A stretch of 63,389 nucleotides of DNA, the filler included, from Albugo candida (lineage: Eukaryota): assembly GCA_040437565.1 (NCBI GenBank). It is 27 parts of 27 records of this genome, joined end to end, with 100 filler letters (N's around TTAATTAATTAA, not from the genome) between each part and the next. Parts side by side here need not be neighbours in the genome. Positions count along the whole stretch, not along the records: positions 1 to 2,333 come from JBDOQK010000313.1; positions 2,434 to 4,754 come from JBDOQK010000314.1; positions 4,855 to 7,168 come from JBDOQK010000315.1; positions 7,269 to 9,568 come from JBDOQK010000316.1; positions 9,669 to 11,967 come from JBDOQK010000317.1; 22 more parts are not named here. The stretch is one strand, 5' to 3'. This document shows positions 1-11,967 of the stretch, one piece after another (positions within the stretch are counted from its first letter, which is position 1; each line of letters starts with the position of its first letter). The notes under the pieces are model-generated. The model had not been told where the DNA came from. It searched no databases and was given only the letters and a program-made list of their open reading frames with translations. The position numbers and the translations under genes were made by a program.

Positions 1-1059
1 ACCATTTGATTGCGCTGGAATGTCTGAGCTGAAACTTCTCGTAAGCATATCCTGTAAACGTATTTCCAGCTACGTATTGTACGACATCGATGCTCACCAA
101 TATGATTTCTCGACATTGAACTACTTAATCCCAAAAGATTTGAAGGCTTGATATATATTCCATAAGTTCCATCCACTAAAAAGGCCTTACAAAGATCAGC
201 TCGGTCGATAAGAACACTGTGAGACACTGACAAGATATTATTCAACATCGTGTTCCTCGACTGATGCAACATTGTCTTCCAAGGTGCTCAATCGTTAGCT
301 CAAATACGCAGTACTCCATCACACCTAAGAGATGAGTTTATCAAATTCGGAGACTGAGAAGGTGTATACAATACAGCTGCAAGATTGTCAGCATGGAAAA
401 TCATTAATGATACAGTACAAGGTCCTTGACGACGTCTTTAATCTCAATGAGGTAGCAAGGAGCTTCTTTGAATGCAATGCGCACCATATCAGCTTAATGT
501 AAGCATGTCTATCTGGAAGCCGCACTTGCTTTCAATCTCTAGACACGTACTCCCGCTCAGTATCCTGTCGACCCAGCGCAAACACATGCCGAGATCCACG
601 GTGGAGATCATTTATGAAGAGACAATGCGCGCATGACGGGGCAGATATACCGCGACTTTACAATAACTCGACCAACTCCAAAATGCAGTTGCTGCATACT
701 CAAGCATAAGCAGAAGCGTTCTACCGCATACATTGCTGATAGTCTCAGTGTTTGTCGGCATTTGGATTGCGATTCTCCGAATGATACGAGTCTTGTCTCT
801 GAATTATACAAACGGTGATAGTCAGCACGTAATATAACGTCCTTCGATGGACTCGTAATCTCTCGTAAGCTCGTCAGAGACTTGACATATTTACCACTAA
901 TCAATCTCTGGTACACTATACTGTAAGAAGATAGAAAAGTAGCAATAAATGCCGACCATACTTTACAAACAGATGGCAGATGCTTCAGAGTACATAAGAA
1001 TTCATTTTATGACCTCTCCAAGTCTATAGAAGGATATCGCCAGCTCTATCATAAGCTCT

Positions 1060-2333
1060 ATGCGATATACAAAGATGCGCGATGAAGTCGCGTCTTTGGC
1101 GAAGAATAGAGTGTGCCGTGCACCATCGTTGAATCTCAGTGAACAAGATACAAGCGCTCTCCGAGCACTAGCGAACGATCTCGTAGATGATGCGGTAAGC
1201 TACTTTGAAAGTGTAATGTACGATCAATGCGGGGCGCTCGATTCAAAGAATTATCGATTGCTGAAACAAGCGTTCTCTGTGGTCGTGCACCGGGAACGAC
1301 ACGAATACCATGCTCGACAGAAATCAAGGCTGCGTGATCAAATACGCAAATCGCATAGTACGCTCACTTCAGACACTGAATTGAAGGAGGAAACGTCTAG
1401 AGGGCTTCCGTCCAGTGGTTTTAATGACAAAGGTTTAGGAGCGACAAATGGACCAATGGCTCACTTTCTTGCAGAATCCAAATTGCCGACAATAATCGCA
1501 GTTGGATCTGTTCCGGGGACGCTGGAAGAAGCAATGCTAGGTGCCTCATTTCGAGATACAGTGGCATTTAGTTCTATCATGGGTTCTTCAGTCAAAAAAG
1601 TGCTGGAAGCACAAGTTTTGGCAACCATTTCGGATCCTCTGCAAAAAGATGCATTTTATTATTTGGGAGTACATTGGACGTTGTCTGTTGGATTTGGTGG
1701 AATATGCAAGAAAATCAGTCCAAAATTTGATCAATCACGACTGGTACACTCGAAAATAACTTCGTCGTCGCGTGGAGAGCGCATCGGAGTATGTATTTTG
1801 CATGCTCTCAAGCATCCAGAGGTGCCGGAAATGCCGTCAATTGCTACACGAATTTACACGTCTCTTGTGCTGACATTTCGAGAAAAATATGATGGCTCCG
1901 TGGATTTTGTGGCCATAACAAGCGCTCAATCAGCGCCTCCGTTCTTGTATAAAGCCATGCTAAAACGTGTCACTGGAATGCTGTGCGACATTCCACACAG
2001 CGTCGACTTTGCAAATTCTAGAAAATTACTTGCGATGATTCTTTCCGAGAGCGTTATTGACGGCGTGACAAGCTTGAAAGAGGCGACATTGGTGTCGTCT
2101 GCTAGACAACGGTTAGCTCGACGACTTTTGCCGGATCAGTGTTCCGGATGCTACAAAATCATGTGTCCTGTATCTCGATCATTCAGCAGCTCGTGCAAGA
2201 TTTGTAAAGCCCGCGTGTGTGCTCGATGTTGTGTGACCAAAAAAATCACTGTAAGCGGTGAGCAGCAATCCCAGATTGCAAGCGTGCTTGCTACAATAAA
2301 GGCTATGCGGTTCTGTCTTCCATGCATCCATGC
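1060..2333 (+). CDS. Oomycete-type START-like domain protein with C-terminal FYVE-like zinc finger (3' truncated)
   Basis: Intron-less ORF. N-terminal motifs (LNLS..D...L, GSVPGTLEEAMLG, VLATISDP, YLGVHW, RGERIG) and a Cys array (CSGC...CKICKARVCARC...FCLPC) match the architecture of a large oomycete family. Confidence 0.7.
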
Positions 2334-2433
2334 NNNNNNNNNNNNNNNNNNNNNNNNNNNNNNNNNNNNNNNNNNNNTTAATTAATTAANNNNNNNNNNN
2401 NNNNNNNNNNNNNNNNNNNNNNNNNNNNNNNNN
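2334..2433. other. Artificial contig linker (44 N + TTAATTAATTAA + 44 N); first of 26
   Basis: The same 100-nt spacer (stops in all frames) recurs. Contigs start at 1, 2434, 4855, 7269, 9669, 12068, 14463, 16853, 19242, 21630, 24011, 26382, 28748, 31106, 33463, 35813, 38160, 40500, 42834, 45163, 47478, 49791, 52088, 54379, 56659, 58939 and 61216, with lengths falling steadily (2321, 2314, 2300 ... 2177). Confidence 0.99.
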
Positions 2434-2451
2434 CCGCTTTAAAGGAATTAG

Positions 2452-2497
<46 letters not shown>

Positions 2498-4032
2498 GCA
2501 ACAACATCATCATAATCAACAACAAAAACAAAAACAGCAACAACAACGAGCACACAAAACAGCCAAATCAATTTCATCACCAGTGAATAGGCTAAGACTA
2601 GGATGTATGAAGATCAAAACTACTCATTTATTAGAAACAGCATTTGTTGGATTTCGTGACTTTAAAAATTTACCAAAATTAGTTTTAAAGTATGATAGTA
2701 AAACAAGATGAAACTCAACCTTGGATATGATCTCCAGATTTCTTCTGTTACGTGAAGCGTATGACCATGCTGTAAAAGAAAATGATATTATAAAAGAACG
2801 TTGCTCATTATCCAAAAAAGATGTAGAATTTTTGATCTCTTTAAAAAGTCTACTTACTAATTTTTATACTATAACATTATGGTTATGCTCACAAAGGTAT
2901 TTAAAAGCTGATTGCACGAGTTTTATATGTTTATTAAAATCATTCTATAAACGTTTACAGATACACAACAATCAACCGAACAATCTCACTATTCAATGTG
3001 TTATTTGATCAATTAGACGAGTATGAGGAAGAGTATGAATTTGATGATGATAAAAAAGATCTTATATTAGCTTCTAGACTCGCACGTGAAAAACTAGCAA
3101 AATATTATGAAAAAACTGACAGGAGTCCCGTTTATGCCTGTTCAACTTTTCTTGATCCTATGATGAAGTTCAACTATTGGGCTGACGAAGGTTGGGAAGA
3201 GGAAATTATTGAAGAACAAAAACGAGTTTGTGTTCAATCGTTTAAATCGTACTTACACAGTTATTACACGAAAAACCCTTTACCACCCTCATCTTCATTT
3301 TTCACCAACAACAACCTCAACAACAACAACAACAACAACAACAGTAGCATTAATAGTAGTAGTTTTTCTATTGATGATAATAGTCAACAGGCCCAAGCAC
3401 TATCATCAACGAATGTAATGATGTCTAGAAAAAGAAGAATGTTAATGAGAGAGTCACAGGCTACAAAACGTGTAAACGTTGGCTATACCACTCAAGCATG
3501 CTTGACTGTTGAAGAGCGTGTTTTACAAAACATGGAGTTGGAACAATATGTAAAGGAGGATATATCGAACTTTTATCCTTTTGAAAGTTTACCTATTGTA
3601 GAAGAACAGGCAGCTAATGATTTACAAGAAGAAAGAAATGATGAAGAAGAAATTGAAAAAATGAAGCAACTTGGAGAACAAGGTTTTGCTGGTGATGATT
3701 CGACGTTGACTGCTTCAAAAATCGTTATCAATACCGTAAAATCTTCTTTCAACACACAATCTAGACAAATTACAACTGGATTTGAATACTCCACTAGACC
3801 CCTCAAATTTTGGAAAGAAAATGAGCACAAGTATCCCATTTTGTCAAAATTTGCATTGAAGCATCTTGGTGTCTGTGCAACAAGTGTCCCTTCTGAAAGA
3901 CTTTTTTCAACAGCAAAAAGAATAATTAATTCAAATAGATCCAACTTGAAGCCTGAAACTGCTGAAATTATTGTCATTTTAGCTTGTTGGCAAAATGAAA
4001 TTGGTTCTGATGCTATCAACGTTTTCGTATGA
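2434..4032 (+). pseudogene. hAT transposase, C-terminal half, with premature stop
   Basis: LKYDSKTR*NSTLDM has TGA at 2709-2711 in place of the conserved TRWNST Trp. GT-AG intron at 2897-2960. KLAKYY and FLDP present, plus the dimerisation domain FWKENEHKYPILSKFA...ATSVPSERLFS. Confidence 0.9.
2451..2547 (+). repeat. (CAA)n microsatellite, polyQ in the hAT reading frame
   Basis: Direct CAA run with few interruptions. Confidence 0.9.
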
Positions 4033-4267
4033 TTATTTATTGTAAGTTTTAATGTATATACTAAATTTACTGTAGAAATTAACATAAACTTCATTATTAG
4101 AATTCAAATCTACCGTTTTATTTATTCTTGTTTTCGTGTGGTACTTCTCTCTAATTTTATTATCGTCAAGTTGTTGCCTATCCCCTCCTATTACTGCTTC
4201 TTCTTTTTTCAAATTCTCAATCTATCACTGGTATTGTTATCCTTATTGCTGGTATTATTTTTTGTTC

Positions 4268-4646
4268 AACTACTTCTGGACCGCAACGTCTATAAACTAT
4301 TATCTGACCGCAACGTCTATAAACTATTATCTGACCGAAACGTCTATAAACTATTATTTGACCGAAACGTCTATAAACTATTTTATGACCGAAACGTCTG
4401 TAAACTATTATTTGACCGAAAAGTCATAAAACTAACTTCCTGGTATTATTATTTCCGTTTCTTGTTGCTCTTCTTATTCCTTGTATTGGATTGTCATTGT
4501 ATTCATGATATTCTCATCGTATTCCTGGTATTGTCATCCTATTATTCCTGGTGTTATTTTTCGTTCAACTATTATCTGACCGAAACGTCTGTAAACTATT
4601 TTATGACCAAAACGTCTGTAAACTATTATCTGACCGAAAAGTCATA
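4268..4646 (+). repeat. 27-bp tandem repeats (AACTATTATCTGACCGAAACGTCTATA) in two blocks, probably hAT subterminal repeats
   Basis: About 6 copies at 4268-4428 and 3 at 4567-4646. The flanking sequence is also duplicated, and the blocks lie just downstream of the transposase. Confidence 0.85.
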
Positions 4647-6067
4647 AACTAACTTCCTGGTATTATCATTTCCATTTCTTGCTACTCTTCTTACTCTTGG
4701 TACTATTATCTTGTATTGTTACGCTTACTTCTGTTACTGTTGCTATTACTGTTGNNNNNNNNNNNNNNNNNNNNNNNNNNNNNNNNNNNNNNNNNNNNTT
4801 AATTAATTAANNNNNNNNNNNNNNNNNNNNNNNNNNNNNNNNNNNNNNNNNNNNAAAAAAAAATCGAGGCAACTTCCAAGACAAGATCACACCATTCTTC
4901 TCAAAGACGAGGATAACAATATTTAAGACGATTCCTTAAATAAAATCATACCCTTCTTTTTAAAGACGAGGACAACACTATCAAGGAAGAACTCTTTACA
5001 GAAGCAAACAGTACATTTGACAGATAGGAGCATAATACCGCTAAAACAATGGTCAAAATTGAAGGCGTAGTGCGTAAAATAATGAATTGATAATAGCGAC
5101 CCCTACCCTAAGTCTTCAGTATAGAGCTCATGATAAAGAGGGCCAAGATTTGAAGCGGATAACAAAGAACACTATATTATTTGGCAAGGTTCATATAGCA
5201 CGCGACTATAGAGGCTGATTTAATTAACAGCTACCTGTAAAAGAAATTGGTGCAAACTTGAAATGCAAAAGACGAACTTGATTAATCACCGACAGCAAAA
5301 AAAAAGCCATTCCAGTCTTCAGAACCACAGGCCGTTAAAGGTCATTGATAAAGATTGATAATGCAAGTGGATAGTAGTGACTATACAACGGTCAGATTGT
5401 TGCCATGTTATAAAGTATAGAAATAAAAATAAAAATAAAAATAAAAATCAAAATAAAAATAAAAAAATTATATGATGACGAAGCAATTTTATAGATGAGT
5501 TTTTAAGGTCACAATAGCATTTTCTCTTTTTCCCCTATTCCCCTTTTTCCCCATTTTTTATATTTCTAGTGTATTATGTCTGACATTACTGATTTGGTCC
5601 AGGAACAAATTCTTTGCTGCAAGTATAAATATTTGACATGTCGATTTATAAGCTCACGCAGTTCTATTTGGATAATTTTAGTGGCTGAACACATGGCCAA
5701 AAAAACTTGTTTTGACTACGACAGTTTTATCGCTGCGACTTACCTCGAACGTAATAAGATTGCTGATATCTGTAGACGTGATCATTCCAGGAATTCAAAC
5801 TGGATTGATGTGGCTATATTAAAAGTAATTCAAATTTACTTATTAGTACTTAAAAAAGTGAATATGTAAGCAATCTCCATCTATCTAACACTATCAAATA
5901 ATTAATTCGCTCTACAAAGTCCTTTCACCGATGATTTTGAGAAATCATTAACAAATAATGTTACAGAATACGTAAGTAGTTGTAGTATTATATTTATAAT
6001 GCAGCTATTAATCGTTCTCAATAAAGTGTAAGAGGACCACTACCGCAAAAAGAATTTACATGTCTGA

Positions 6068-7168
6068 ATCTACTACCACTACTAAAGTAGTACTCACTGT
6101 AAATATGGGATACTATTTTAATCATTATTAAAGCTAAAATGAAATAGAAATACTATTCTGAAAAGCGTTTAGATTTTTTGAACAGTTGTGATAGGGGCAA
6201 TTCTCCTGGTAGATCAGTAGAGGGAGATTTGTGAGTTTATGCAATAATAATCATTTATACTTAAACACTAATTAACAGTTTTTTATTTAGATTGGCTGAA
6301 TCTATTTTTCTTATAACTAGTGAAACCTTACCCGGGGACTTCTTCACGTCAGAAACAATTGCCTGTTTTAAAAATCTTGAGGTTGTAAAAAGAAAACAAA
6401 AAAATAATATGTCGCCTAGCGAGCGTTTATTTATAGAAGAGTTTGTCAGCGTAATGAAAGAACTATCTACAATGAATGAATATACTTTTAACCAAACATT
6501 TTACTCTAGAATCCAAAAACATTTCGTTTTGACAAAGAGACAGATGTATTTGATTTTTTAAAAATAATGTTCGATATCTTTTATATAGTTAAAATTGATT
6601 TATAATTAACATGAGTATACTAGATCTACTACCACTGCTAAAGTAGTACTCACTATAAATATTGGATACTATTTTAATCGTTATTAAAGCTAAAATGAAA
6701 TAGAATTACTATTCTCAAAAGTGTTTAGAGTTTTTGAACAGTTGTGATGGGACCAATTCTCCTGGTAGATCAGTAGAGGGAGATTTGTGAGTTTATGCAA
6801 TAATAATCATTTATACTTAAACACTAATTAACAGTTTTTTATTTAGATTGGCTGAATCTATTTTTCTTATAACTAGTGAAACCTTACCCGGGGACTTCTT
6901 CACGTCAGAAACAATTGCCTGTTTTAAAAATCTTGAGGTTGTAAAAAGAAAACAAAAAAATAATATGTCGCCTAGCGAGCGTTTATTTATAGAAGAGTTT
7001 GTCAGCGTAATGAAAGAACTATCTACAATGAATGAATATACTTTTAACCAAACATTTTACTCTAGAATCCAAAAACATTTCGTTTTGACAAAGAGACAGA
7101 TGTATTTGATTTTTTAAAAATAATGTTCGATATCTTTTATATAGTTAAAATTGATTTATAATTAACAT
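6068..7168 (+). repeat. 556-bp tandem duplication inside an intron-rich unknown gene
   Basis: Copies at ~6068-6612 and ~6624-7168. Identical 89-aa ORFs at 6292 and 6848. The few SNPs are confined to the 5' part of the unit. Confidence 0.92.
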
Positions 7169-7268
7169 NNNNNNNNNNNNNNNNNNNNNNNNNNNNNNNN
7201 NNNNNNNNNNNNTTAATTAATTAANNNNNNNNNNNNNNNNNNNNNNNNNNNNNNNNNNNNNNNNNNNN

Positions 7269-9530
7269 AAACCTTTAATATTACTCCTTCTTCTGGTAAT
7301 AATAACTAAGCATTTTTTTTATCTAACATTACGGTTTACTAATAACAATTTGCTTATTTAAATATACTACAGTTGTCTCCTCCATAATATCAGCAGAACC
7401 TATAGTAACTGATGATGATAGCACCCCCATTGATGACCCTGTATTTATTAATGAAGGTATGTGTACATAAGCATAAGTGCAAAATTAAATGAGCTTTCAT
7501 AGTAACAGTCTACTAATACAAAATCCCAATTTTAGGTAACGGGGAAAATGAAGAAGATCAAGAGATGTATACCGCCAATAATGGCTTAACAGCTGCTCAG
7601 ATCAGACCATTAGCTGTTGTTTGTAAAATGCTTATCAAGTCACCCAGGTTAAAAAATGCTGTCGATGGTAATTATTTTAAAAAGCAACTTTACGCGGGAA
7701 CTCAAGAGATGGATCAACACGTTTACGATGAATGCGCCAATTTGGTTAATTTGTTGAGAACTATTTCACCAACTACTGATAATCTAAACGGCAATATTTT
7801 AATGTTTTTTCAAATGAGACAGTTAAATAACGTTTTATGCAGACATGCTAAAGACAACAATATACCTTACATCAGGTATAAGGTTAAAAAGATGAGTATT
7901 GCGTCCGATAAAAACACTATACATGCATTAGATGTACAGCCCCGATCACTATATCTTATGATGCGCCGTCATTTTGATATGTTTACCATTGATGAGTCCA
8001 ACTATGAAAGAAAAACCTTGACAAGCGCTACTTCAATCATCAGCCAACACAACAAAATGTCTCTTCTCAGAAATTTCTTTAATGTTGATTACCTGTATCG
8101 TCGATTTACAGAGCAAGACTTACAGCCGATTTGGAGGTTTTCGTTTGTAGATGAATATCACGTTTCTTTTTTAGGAAAAATGAGTAAGAGTTCAACAACA
8201 GAAAGTCCGTTACTCAACACTCCCTTACCACATCCAAAAAAGAACGTTACACTAAATGATGCAGAAATGAGAAGAATCAAAGAATTAAAACAAGAGAAAG
8301 TTACAACTCAAAAACGTATACAGATTTTAAAAGAAGAGTTAAAAGTTGCTGAAGAAGAAAGGATGGACTGTGCCAACTCATTTAGGAAAAAAGAAAAAGA
8401 AGGCGTTTGGGACATCGACTTATATCATACCTTGAAAGGTTATAGAAGTAGATTTAGTTCTATTTTCAAAAAAATTCAAGATTTGAAACAAAAAGTAGTA
8501 GATTTTAGTTGTGAAATCCGAACGATAACTACTGGACCAGTGCAGGAAGAAGAAATTAATGATCAAGTCGATGCAGTATTCATAGACCAAAAAAACAAAC
8601 TTGCTGAAAATTTGCAAAAGAACGGTAATATTGTGATTAATGGTATTGATCCAGGTATATGTTCCACTGTGACAATGTTCTCTTCTACCTCCAATTCGTT
8701 TTTCTCTTCGTTAAATCGTTACAATGTCTTGCTTGACGATGAAGATGGTCCGGTTCCTGTTGATGAATCACATATTGGAAAAAGTGAAAGTCGCTTTTTA
8801 AATGTTACACCTTCATTTGTTAATAACGTCAATTTTTCAAGCCAACATAGAAAAAAACGGGAGAAGAAGCAGAAAAACGGTGACAACAGTACTAATAAGC
8901 AGCTCTCAAAACAAAGATTGACCAGGAAGATTAGACTTGCAAAATGCAACGCAAAAATCATCTCACAATATAGATCCAACAAAAGAAGTCGTTATTATCA
9001 TTTCTTTGGTGATTGGGGCGGTCAATTTAGTAACGTAAAAGGAATTGAAAGTAGAAGATCCTTTAAGCCTATAATACCAAGACTAAGATCCGTGAAGACA
9101 GACACATTTAAAATTACTAATGAATATAACTCGACAGTGACTTGTAACTCATGCTTTGAAAAAACCATACATCAAATACATCGTTTACCTGATGGTTCCA
9201 TTAGAAGGGCTAAAGGTGCGGTAGTATGCTTCAATCCTCATTGTCCAAAGAAAAAGTCTCAGAACGGTACAACAACCAATCGCGATCAAAATGGAGCTCA
9301 GAATATTGCTCTAATTGGTTTTAGCTCTCTTGTCTCGAAGGACAACAACCCTTTATCTCCTTTCATGCAAAACCACACTAAAAAAACCAAGTAAATATTT
9401 TTTATATTTTTATTCAAGAATAATACACTTATTAACTTATGATCATTTTAGGTTTATCTTGGATGCCAAGTTTCAACAGTTTCTTTTTTCTGAAAGAAGA
9501 GAAGAACTACCGGTTTTAAACCGTGACTAA
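7269..9530 (+). CDS. Fanzor1-like RNA-guided endonuclease (eukaryotic TnpB homolog), multi-exon, 5' truncated; main exon 7536-9390
   Basis: RuvC-I INGIDPG, HFFGDWGG, rearranged RuvC-II Glu in ITNEYNSTVTCNSC next to the zinc finger, second Cys pair VVCFNPHC, RuvC-III NRDQNGAQNIALIG. Predicted GT-AG introns at ~7296-7372, 7457-7535 and 9391-9451; the last gives an in-frame final exon ending at 9530. Confidence 0.88.
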
Positions 9531-10258
9531 TTTTCGGTTGCTGTTGAAGTATTCTGGGCCTGATCACCNNNNNNNNNNNNNNNNNNNNNNNNNNNNNNNN
9601 NNNNNNNNNNNNTTAATTAATTAANNNNNNNNNNNNNNNNNNNNNNNNNNNNNNNNNNNNNNNNNNNNATTGTATTCGACAAATTTTAGATATCTTTTAT
9701 CAAACTCTTTCTGCAATTCTTTTATTTTATCTTCATAATTTGCATACAGTATGATTTCACATGATCTTTCTCTCTTGTTGTTATTGTCGTTTAAGGTAGG
9801 ATTCATGTTTTAGAATAAAGATATTTTTAAAGCGAAAAAATCAAATAAAGTAAAGCAGGAACATTATATACCAAATCTCTCTTCCTATAGTTAAAATGTT
9901 TACTTAAAATATATAATTAAATAACAAGTCTTATTATATAATAGATGGAATGCGAGAAGATTTTATTTCACACCACTTAAATATCCTAAATCATCAGGGG
10001 AAATTACATTTATAGTATCTACCTTATTTTTTTTTTTTTTTTTTTTTTTTGTATTCAAAAAAAAAAATACAACTTGTATTAATACTAATTCTTTTTTTAA
10101 TACATAGATTTCTGAAAAAATATTGTACATGCCCTACTTGTAATTGTAATTTTTTACAAAAAAAACAATAATCTTAATGACTAAATCGAAATGGGCAAAA
10201 CAGTTTAAATAAAAAACCATATATTATAAAAAATTATTTTTATTTTCTATTTAAATTT

Positions 10259-11080
10259 TTATTCACTATCGTCATCTCCATCTTCTTCCTCATCTACTGT
10301 GTTCTCATCATCAGAACAAAAAAGATCACCAACATCAACTTCGTCTTCCATGGCTTCGTCATCTTCAGCAGGGTTTGTAGGAGCAACGTTACGAAACGTT
10401 GCTTGGTTTACTTCTTCTCCCAAATCATCTTCATCTCCTGCTGCAAAACCAGTACCACAAACAAAGTGCCTCAAATCAAAAGTCTGTTCAAACTTTTCTT
10501 CAAAAGGAAACTTTGGACTAAATGTCACAAGAAGAGCAGTAAACAAAACAAGTGCAGGTCTTACAACTCTTGCATGCCCAACGGATAACTTGCAAAATTT
10601 ATTTATCAAGCTTTGCGCGGGAGCTGCCTCAATCCTCCAAAACAAAATCCTATTCTCTTCAAAAAAAAGTTTTGCTCCTGAAAAGGAACACAAGGGAATT
10701 ATTCTTGGTGAAATTTCATTCTCCAAAAATCTATCACTAATAATGACTGTAGTTGCATATGTATAGCAAATAATGATTGATTGAAGGAGCGAAAAACCCC
10801 CACCTTCTTCCAAAACAATACCTTTCCATTTCATTAATTCAACTTCAAATTGTAAGAGAAGTGAGTACTGATCTTTATTGGCTAATCTAATGGCATCAAC
10901 TACAGCATATTTAAATCTTTCCATTTTGGTGCTGCCAAGTATAAATCTTTTATGATTAACATAATACGTCGTTTGTGCCTTGCTAATTCTAGTCTTTTCT
11001 TTATCATCTCTTATTTTTTCTTCTTCTTCTGAAAGGGTTTTTGCAGTTTTCTTATTACGTTGAGATTTTAAGTTAGCCAT
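10259..11080 (-). CDS. Hypothetical 273-aa protein with acidic tail; homolog of 57211-57935
   Basis: Clean ATG-to-stop ORF in AT-rich flanks. Aligns without gaps over 81 aa to the protein at 57211-57702. Confidence 0.8.
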   Translation of the reverse strand: MANLKSQRNKKTAKTLSEEEEKIRDDKEKTRISKAQTTYYVNHKRFILGSTKMERFKYAVVDAIRLANKDQYSLLLQFEVELMKWKGIVLEEGGGFSLLQSIIICYTYATTVIISDRFLENEISPRIIPLCSFSGAKLFFEENRILFWRIEAAPAQSLINKFCKLSVGHARVVRPALVLFTALLVTFSPKFPFEEKFEQTFDLRHFVCGTGFAAGDEDDLGEEVNQATFRNVAPTNPAEDDEAMEDEVDVGDLFCSDDENTVDEEEDGDDDSE

Positions 11081-11395
11081 AGTATAAAAATAAAATAAAG
11101 AATGAAAAGAAAGAGAGGTTTTAATCTAAATAACAGCTTCAATGCATTTTTATAAATCTATGGTATTTTCTCAAATTTTACTCTAGTAGCATTTTCATGT
11201 CAAGGGTCAAGGAATGTTTCCTATTGTATGGCACAACGCACAACGTTTTCTATATTATGCAACTTCAAATACCGTTACACTAAAAAGTAAAAAGCAGAAA
11301 TGTGGCACATAACAATCACCTATTTATGGAAAAATATCTGTGTTCCTTTTTACGAATAATCCCCCTTTTTTTTTCTTTTACAACATTACTCAATT

Positions 11396-11967
11396 ATGCA
11401 AAACGATCAAGAAAATTTAGTTGACTGCCATTGTGTCAGATGCAACAAGAATGTAGCACGCCATTCAATGATTAAACCTTACCGTCGTAGCATGCACGAA
11501 GAATTAGACAAGGAAGCCAAGGCTAAAAGACTTGCGTTTTTCCACGTTGCCGATTCGTCTCCAATCGGTACGTGTTTATATACTAACATGCATGCATTCG
11601 TACTAATGAACGACTTTTAAATAGGTTACGTTTCAAGATCTACTAGCAACGTTAACGAAGATGTTGAAATGACTGATGTACAAGATGGTTCTGTAGTAGA
11701 GGGTAACTTTTTTTTTTTTTTTTTAAAATTTTTAGATCTGCCCCTCTTTTTAAAAGATCTAAAAAAAAACTTTATATATGTCATATTAGATGTAGAGCCT
11801 TATTTTGAAGAATACGATGATTTTGATTTCGAAGCTACTTACGATGAGGAAGAGGAGGATGCTGATGAGGAAGAGGAGGATGAGGACGATGATTCGAGTG
11901 GCGATGGTAATGCTGAAAAATATAAAAATATATTTCATATACTCATCAAGCTTTTATTATAATAGTT
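11396..11967 (+). CDS. 5' exons of a gene with an N-terminal CxCxxC...H motif and acidic tract, possibly a fungal CACTA-type transposase N-terminus
   Basis: MQNDQENLVDCHCVRCNK...RRSMHEE, followed by short GT-AG introns and a D/E-rich exon; truncated by the contig end. Confidence 0.45.

Noticed and set aside
2378-2389. Recurring TTAATTAATTAA as a biological repeat or piggyBac TTAA target
   Set aside because: Always centred in N runs; it is a synthetic all-frame stop linker.
2386-2580. ORFs with poly-V, poly-M or periodic peptides (also 4136, 20771, 26326, 58400, 63127) and ORFs running into X
   Set aside because: Translations of microsatellites or minisatellites, antisense frames, or N linkers.
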